This document shows positions 6,296 to 8,953 of a stretch of 8,953 bases of DNA, one piece after another. Both the position numbers and the translations under genes were made by a program. The stretch is taken from positions 1-8,953 of IMG/VR virus record IMGVR_UViG_2778261447_000007; one strand, written 5' to 3'. Each line of letters starts with the position of its first letter. Position 1 is the stretch's first letter. This DNA is from a virus (Duplodnaviria > Heunggongvirae > Uroviricota > Caudoviricetes). Under the pieces are notes generated by a model that had not been told where the DNA came from, searched no databases, and was given only the letters and a program-made list of their open reading frames with translations.

Positions 6296-6443
6296 TGAAT
6301 TTTGTGATGTGGTGAATGCGGCTCAGCGCACGCGGAACAGTTAAAACCAAAAACAGTGTTATGGGTGGATTCTCTGTATCCGGCGTTAATTGTTAACTGG
6401 TTAACGTCACCTGGAGGCACCAGGCACCGCATCACAAAATTCA
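6296..6443. repeat. 17-bp imperfect inverted repeat pair (16/17) flanking a ~114-bp segment that contains tandem GTTAAC palindromes
   Basis: Left arm TGAATTTTGTGATGTGG (6296-6312); right arm CCGCATCACAAAATTCA (6427-6443) is its reverse complement with one mismatch. Interior has GTTAACTGGTTAAC (about 6393-6406) and CCTGG-aggca-CCAGG. Confidence 0.6.
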
Positions 6444-6460
6444 TTGTTTAGGACGCGATA

Positions 6461-6643
6461 ATGGAAACGTTATTACCAAACGTCAATACGTCTGAAGGTT
6501 GTTTTGAAATTGGTGTCAGAATCAGTAACCCTGTATTTACTGAAGATGCCATTAATAAGAGAAAACACGAACGGGAGCTATTAAATCAAATATGCATTGT
6601 TTCAATGCTGGCCCGTTTACGCCTGATGCAAAAAGGACGCTGA
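6461..6643 (+). CDS. Hypothetical small protein (60 aa)
   Basis: ATG at 6461, 17 nt after the right inverted-repeat arm, with AGGA upstream. Stop is 2 nt before the next ORF start. No family recognised. Confidence 0.4.
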   Translation: METLLPNVNTSEGCFEIGVRISNPVFTEDAINKRKHERELLNQICIVSMLARLRLMQKGR

Positions 6644-6645
6644 CA

Positions 6646-6837
6646 ATGAATACAGCATTTGCACTCGTTCTGACAGTTTTTCTTAATACAGGCGAACCAG
6701 TCGATCTTGTTATTGGTATACATGACTCAATGAAAGAATGCATGGCTGCCGCAGCGGAACAGAAAATTCCCGGCAACTGTTATCCGGTTGATAAAGTTAT
6801 TCGCATGGACAATAACGAAATCCCGGCTGGTCTTTAA
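6646..6837 (+). CDS. Small protein (63 aa) with hydrophobic N-terminus and conserved Cys; possibly DUF1482/YebW-like
   Basis: ATG at 6646 (M19 of the 6592..6837 ORF) with AAGGA Shine-Dalgarno. 'MNTAFALVLTVFLNTGEPVDLVIG...C...CYP' resembles YebW-type small prophage proteins as recalled. Uncertain. Confidence 0.45.
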   Translation: MNTAFALVLTVFLNTGEPVDLVIGIHDSMKECMAAAAEQKIPGNCYPVDKVIRMDNNEIPAGL

Positions 6838-6929
6838 AACAGTTCCGTAATAAACATCCGATTTCATTCTTATATGCCAGCAATGGCAGGGATTTGTTCA
6901 CCCTTAAATCTGTAATGAGGTAAAACAAA

Positions 6930-8953
6930 ATGAGTAAAGTCTTTATTTGCGCCGCCATTCCGGACGAACAGGCAATAAAGGAAGAAGGTGCAGTTGCTGT
7001 AGCCACTGCCATTGAAGCCGGTGATGAACGTCGCGCCCGCGCAAAATTTCACTGGCAATTCCTGGAACATTATCCGGCTGCTCAGGACTGCGCTTATAAA
7101 TTTCTTGTTTGCGAGGATAAACCCGGTATACCCCGCCCTGCCCTCGATTCCTGGGATGCTGAATATATGCAGGAAAACCGCTGGGATGAGGAGTCTGCTT
7201 CCTTTGTCCCTGTTGAGACTGAATCAGATCCGATGAACGCCACTTTTGACAAGCTGGCCCCTGAAGTACAGAACGCTGTCATGGTTAGGTTCGACGCATG
7301 TGAAAACATCACCGTTGATATGGTGATTAGCGCGCAGGAATTGTTGCAGGAAGACATGGCAACATTCGACGGACATATCGTTGAAGCGTTGATGAAAATG
7401 CCAGAAGTTAACGCCATGTATCCGGAGCTTAAGCTGCATGCCATCGGGTGGGTTAAACATAAATGTAAGCCGGGTGCAAAATGGCCTGAGATCCAGACAG
7501 AATTACGCACATGGAAAAAACGTCGCGAAGCCGAACGCAAAGAAACCGGGAAATACACGTCTGTTGTAGATCTCGCCCGCGCCAGAGTCAACCTACAGCA
7601 CACTGAAAACTCAGCAGAAAAAATCCACCCTGTCACTGCAGTCATTCGTCGCGAATATAAGCAGACGTGGAAAACACTGGATGATGAACTGGCCTACGCT
7701 CTGTGGCCTGGTGACATTGATGCCGGAAACATTGACGGCAGCATCCATCGCTGGGCAAAAAATGAAGTTATCGACAACGACCGCGAAGACTGGAAGCGTA
7801 TCTCGGCATCAATGCGCAAACAGCCTGATGCCCTTCGCTACGACCGCCAGACTATTTTTGGCCTTGTCCGTGAACGTCCGATCGACATTCACAAAGACCC
7901 TGTGGCACTGAACAAATACATTACTGAATACCTGACTACAAAGGGCGTGTTTGAAGATGAAGGAACAAATCAGAGCGCAACTGATACTCTCTCGTCGCCA
8001 GTACCAGAAACTGATGCAGTGGAAACGGCAATTCCGGACAACGAAAAAACCGAATGCAAAGTGGAAGTCGAACCATCTGTAGAGCGTGAGGGGCCGTTCT
8101 ACTTCCTCTTCACCGACAAGGATGGCGAAAAATACGGTCGCGCAAACAAACTTTCTGGTCTGGATAAGGCGCTGGCTGCCGGGGCTACTGAAATCACGAA
8201 AGAAGAATATTTCGCCCGCAAAAACGGTACATACTCAGGTTCACAACAAAATACTGGTGCATCTGACACGACCGCACAACCAGAGCCGGTAAAAGTTACA
8301 GCTGACGAAGTAAGCAAAATTATGCAGGCAGCCAATATCAGCCAGCCTGACGCCGATAAGTTGCTTGCGGCCTCTCGCGGTGAATTTGTTGCAGGGATTA
8401 GCGATCCGAATGATCCGAAATGGGTGAAGGGGATTGAAACCCGCGATTCTGTGAACCAGAACCAGCAAGAAACGGAACAGAACGACCAGAAAGAGGAACA
8501 AAACAGCCCAAATACGCAACAAAACGAGCCAGAAACGAAACAACCTGAGCCAGTAGCGCAACAGGAACCAGAAAAAGTCTGCACCGCCTGCGGTCAGACC
8601 AGCGGCGGCAACTGCCCTGATTGTGGCTCAGTAATGGGTGACGCAACATACCAGGAAACATTCAATGGAGAAAATCAGGCTGAATCTCAGGAAAAAAATC
8701 CGGAGGAAACGGAAGGCACTGAGCATCCGCACAAGGAGAACACTGGCGGCGCTCAGGGCCACGCCAGCGATAATAAAACTGGCGAAACAGAAAATTCCTT
8801 AATTAAGATGAACGGTCATCGTGAAATCACATCCACCAGCAGAGTATGGAATCACCTGTCAGTCGACCTTGAAACCATGGGAACCAACACCAATGCACCC
8901 ATAGTAGTTATTGGTGCGGTTTTCTTCGACCCGGAAACAGGGGAAATCGGGCC
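6930..8953 (+). CDS. recE: RecE-like (exodeoxyribonuclease VIII family) large early protein, 5' part only (674+ aa, continues past window end)
   Basis: ATG at 6930 with in-frame TAA at 6921 and GAGG Shine-Dalgarno; frame open to the end of the window. Central 'KLLAASRGEFVAGISDPNDPKWVKGIETRDSVNQNQ' and CxxC-x8-CxxC motif (8580-8624) match the non-catalytic middle of E. coli RecE as recalled. Last residues 'VDLETMG...IVVIGAV' (from 8862) resemble DnaQ-like exonuclease motif I. Confidence 0.55.
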   Translation, partial: MSKVFICAAIPDEQAIKEEGAVAVATAIEAGDERRARAKFHWQFLEHYPAAQDCAYKFLVCEDKPGIPRPALDSWDAEYMQENRWDEESASFVPVETESDPMNATFDKLAPEVQNAVMVRFDACENITVDMVISAQELLQEDMATFDGHIVEALMKMPEVNAMYPELKLHAIGWVKHKCKPGAKWPEIQTELRTWKKRREAERKETGKYTSVVDLARARVNLQHTENSAEKIHPVTAVIRREYKQTWKTLDDELAYALWPGDIDAGNIDGSIHRWAKNEVIDNDREDWKRISASMRKQPDALRYDRQTIFGLVRERPIDIHKDPVALNKYITEYLTTKGVFEDEGTNQSATDTLSSPVPETDAVETAIPDNEKTECKVEVEPSVEREGPFYFLFTDKDGEKYGRANKLSGLDKALAAGATEITKEEYFARKNGTYSGSQQNTGASDTTAQPEPVKVTADEVSKIMQAANISQPDADKLLAASRGEFVAGISDPNDPKWVKGIETRDSVNQNQQETEQNDQKEEQNSPNTQQNEPETKQPEPVAQQEPEKVCTACGQTSGGNCPDCGSVMGDATYQETFNGENQAESQEKNPEETEGTEHPHKENTGGAQGHASDNKTGETENSLIKMNGHREITSTSRVWNHLSVDLETMGTNTNAPIVVIGAVFFDPETGEIG

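Larger units (their letters stand above)
5898..6460 (+). other. About 560-bp non-coding, hairpin-rich segment (candidate structured RNA, leader or degraded gene remnant)
   Basis: No plus-strand ORF of 60 aa or more; the minus-strand ORF looks spurious. Hairpins: ACCAAC/GTTGGT (5904-5925), GCCGGA/TCCGGC (about 5962-5985), 10-bp AAGCGCACGG (6039-6048) / CCGTGCGCTT (6094-6103), GGTTGTCAGGC/GCCTGAgtGACAACC (about 6173-6208). Confidence 0.35.
1..8953. mobile_element. Lambdoid (Rac-like) prophage, early region: replication module, immunity region and start of recombination module (partial, both ends outside window)
   Basis: Gene content and order: divergent Cro-like/repressor pair, initiator plus DnaC-like loader, RecE-like gene; mosaic composition with an AT-richer immunity segment. 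No attachment sites or integrase in window. Confidence 0.8.

Noticed and set aside
5901-6350. 149-aa minus-strand ORF covering the non-coding segment
   Set aside because: Arg/Pro/Ser-rich low-complexity product with no recognisable motif and no convincing ribosome-binding context; it spans hairpin-rich GC-rich DNA and is more likely an open frame by composition.
5898-6460. Retron-like msr-msd ncRNA (flanking inverted repeats, structured GC-rich RNA)
   Set aside because: No reverse-transcriptase ORF (no YxDD-containing RT-like frame) anywhere in the window, and the inverted repeats are not positioned as in known retrons.
7094-8661. Several minus-strand ORFs (7094..7645, 7224..7460, 8099..8584, 8241..8561, 8398..8661) antisense to the RecE-like gene
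   Set aside because: They overlap one another and a long, well-supported plus-strand ORF; their products are Cys/Phe/Ser/Leu-rich low-complexity sequences typical of antisense frames.
1-8953. CRISPR arrays, tRNA or rRNA genes
   Set aside because: No regularly spaced 25-40 bp direct repeats with unique spacers; no cloverleaf-compatible segment with T-loop GGTTCGA-type sequence; no rRNA-like conserved blocks seen.

Overview
The window reads as the early/immunity region of a lambdoid, Rac-like prophage from an Escherichia-type genome; all calls rest on reading the sequence and recalled family knowledge, with no database search run. A leftward operon (minus strand) runs from a pR-like promoter through a Cro-like HTH gene (YdaS-like), a YdaT-like gene, a replication initiator with a DnaT-like C-terminus and GTGAC iterons embedded in its coding sequence, a DnaC-like helicase loader, and two hypothetical genes. 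Rightward (plus strand) lie a RacR-like repressor with no Shine-Dalgarno, a paralogous PaaR-like regulator, a PaaA-like antitoxin and a ParE toxin, ended by a clean rho-independent terminator. This toxin-antitoxin cassette sits where lambda carries rexAB. Beyond it are a second promoter nearly identical to the pR-like one (pL-like), a 72-aa ORF, about 560 bp of hairpin-rich non-coding DNA, two small ORFs, and a large RecE-like ORF that runs off the window end. The most interesting items are the paralogous regulator pair plus toxin-antitoxin cassette in the immunity region, the duplicated early promoters, the intragenic iteron origin, the structured non-coding block, and the mosaic RecE-like gene.
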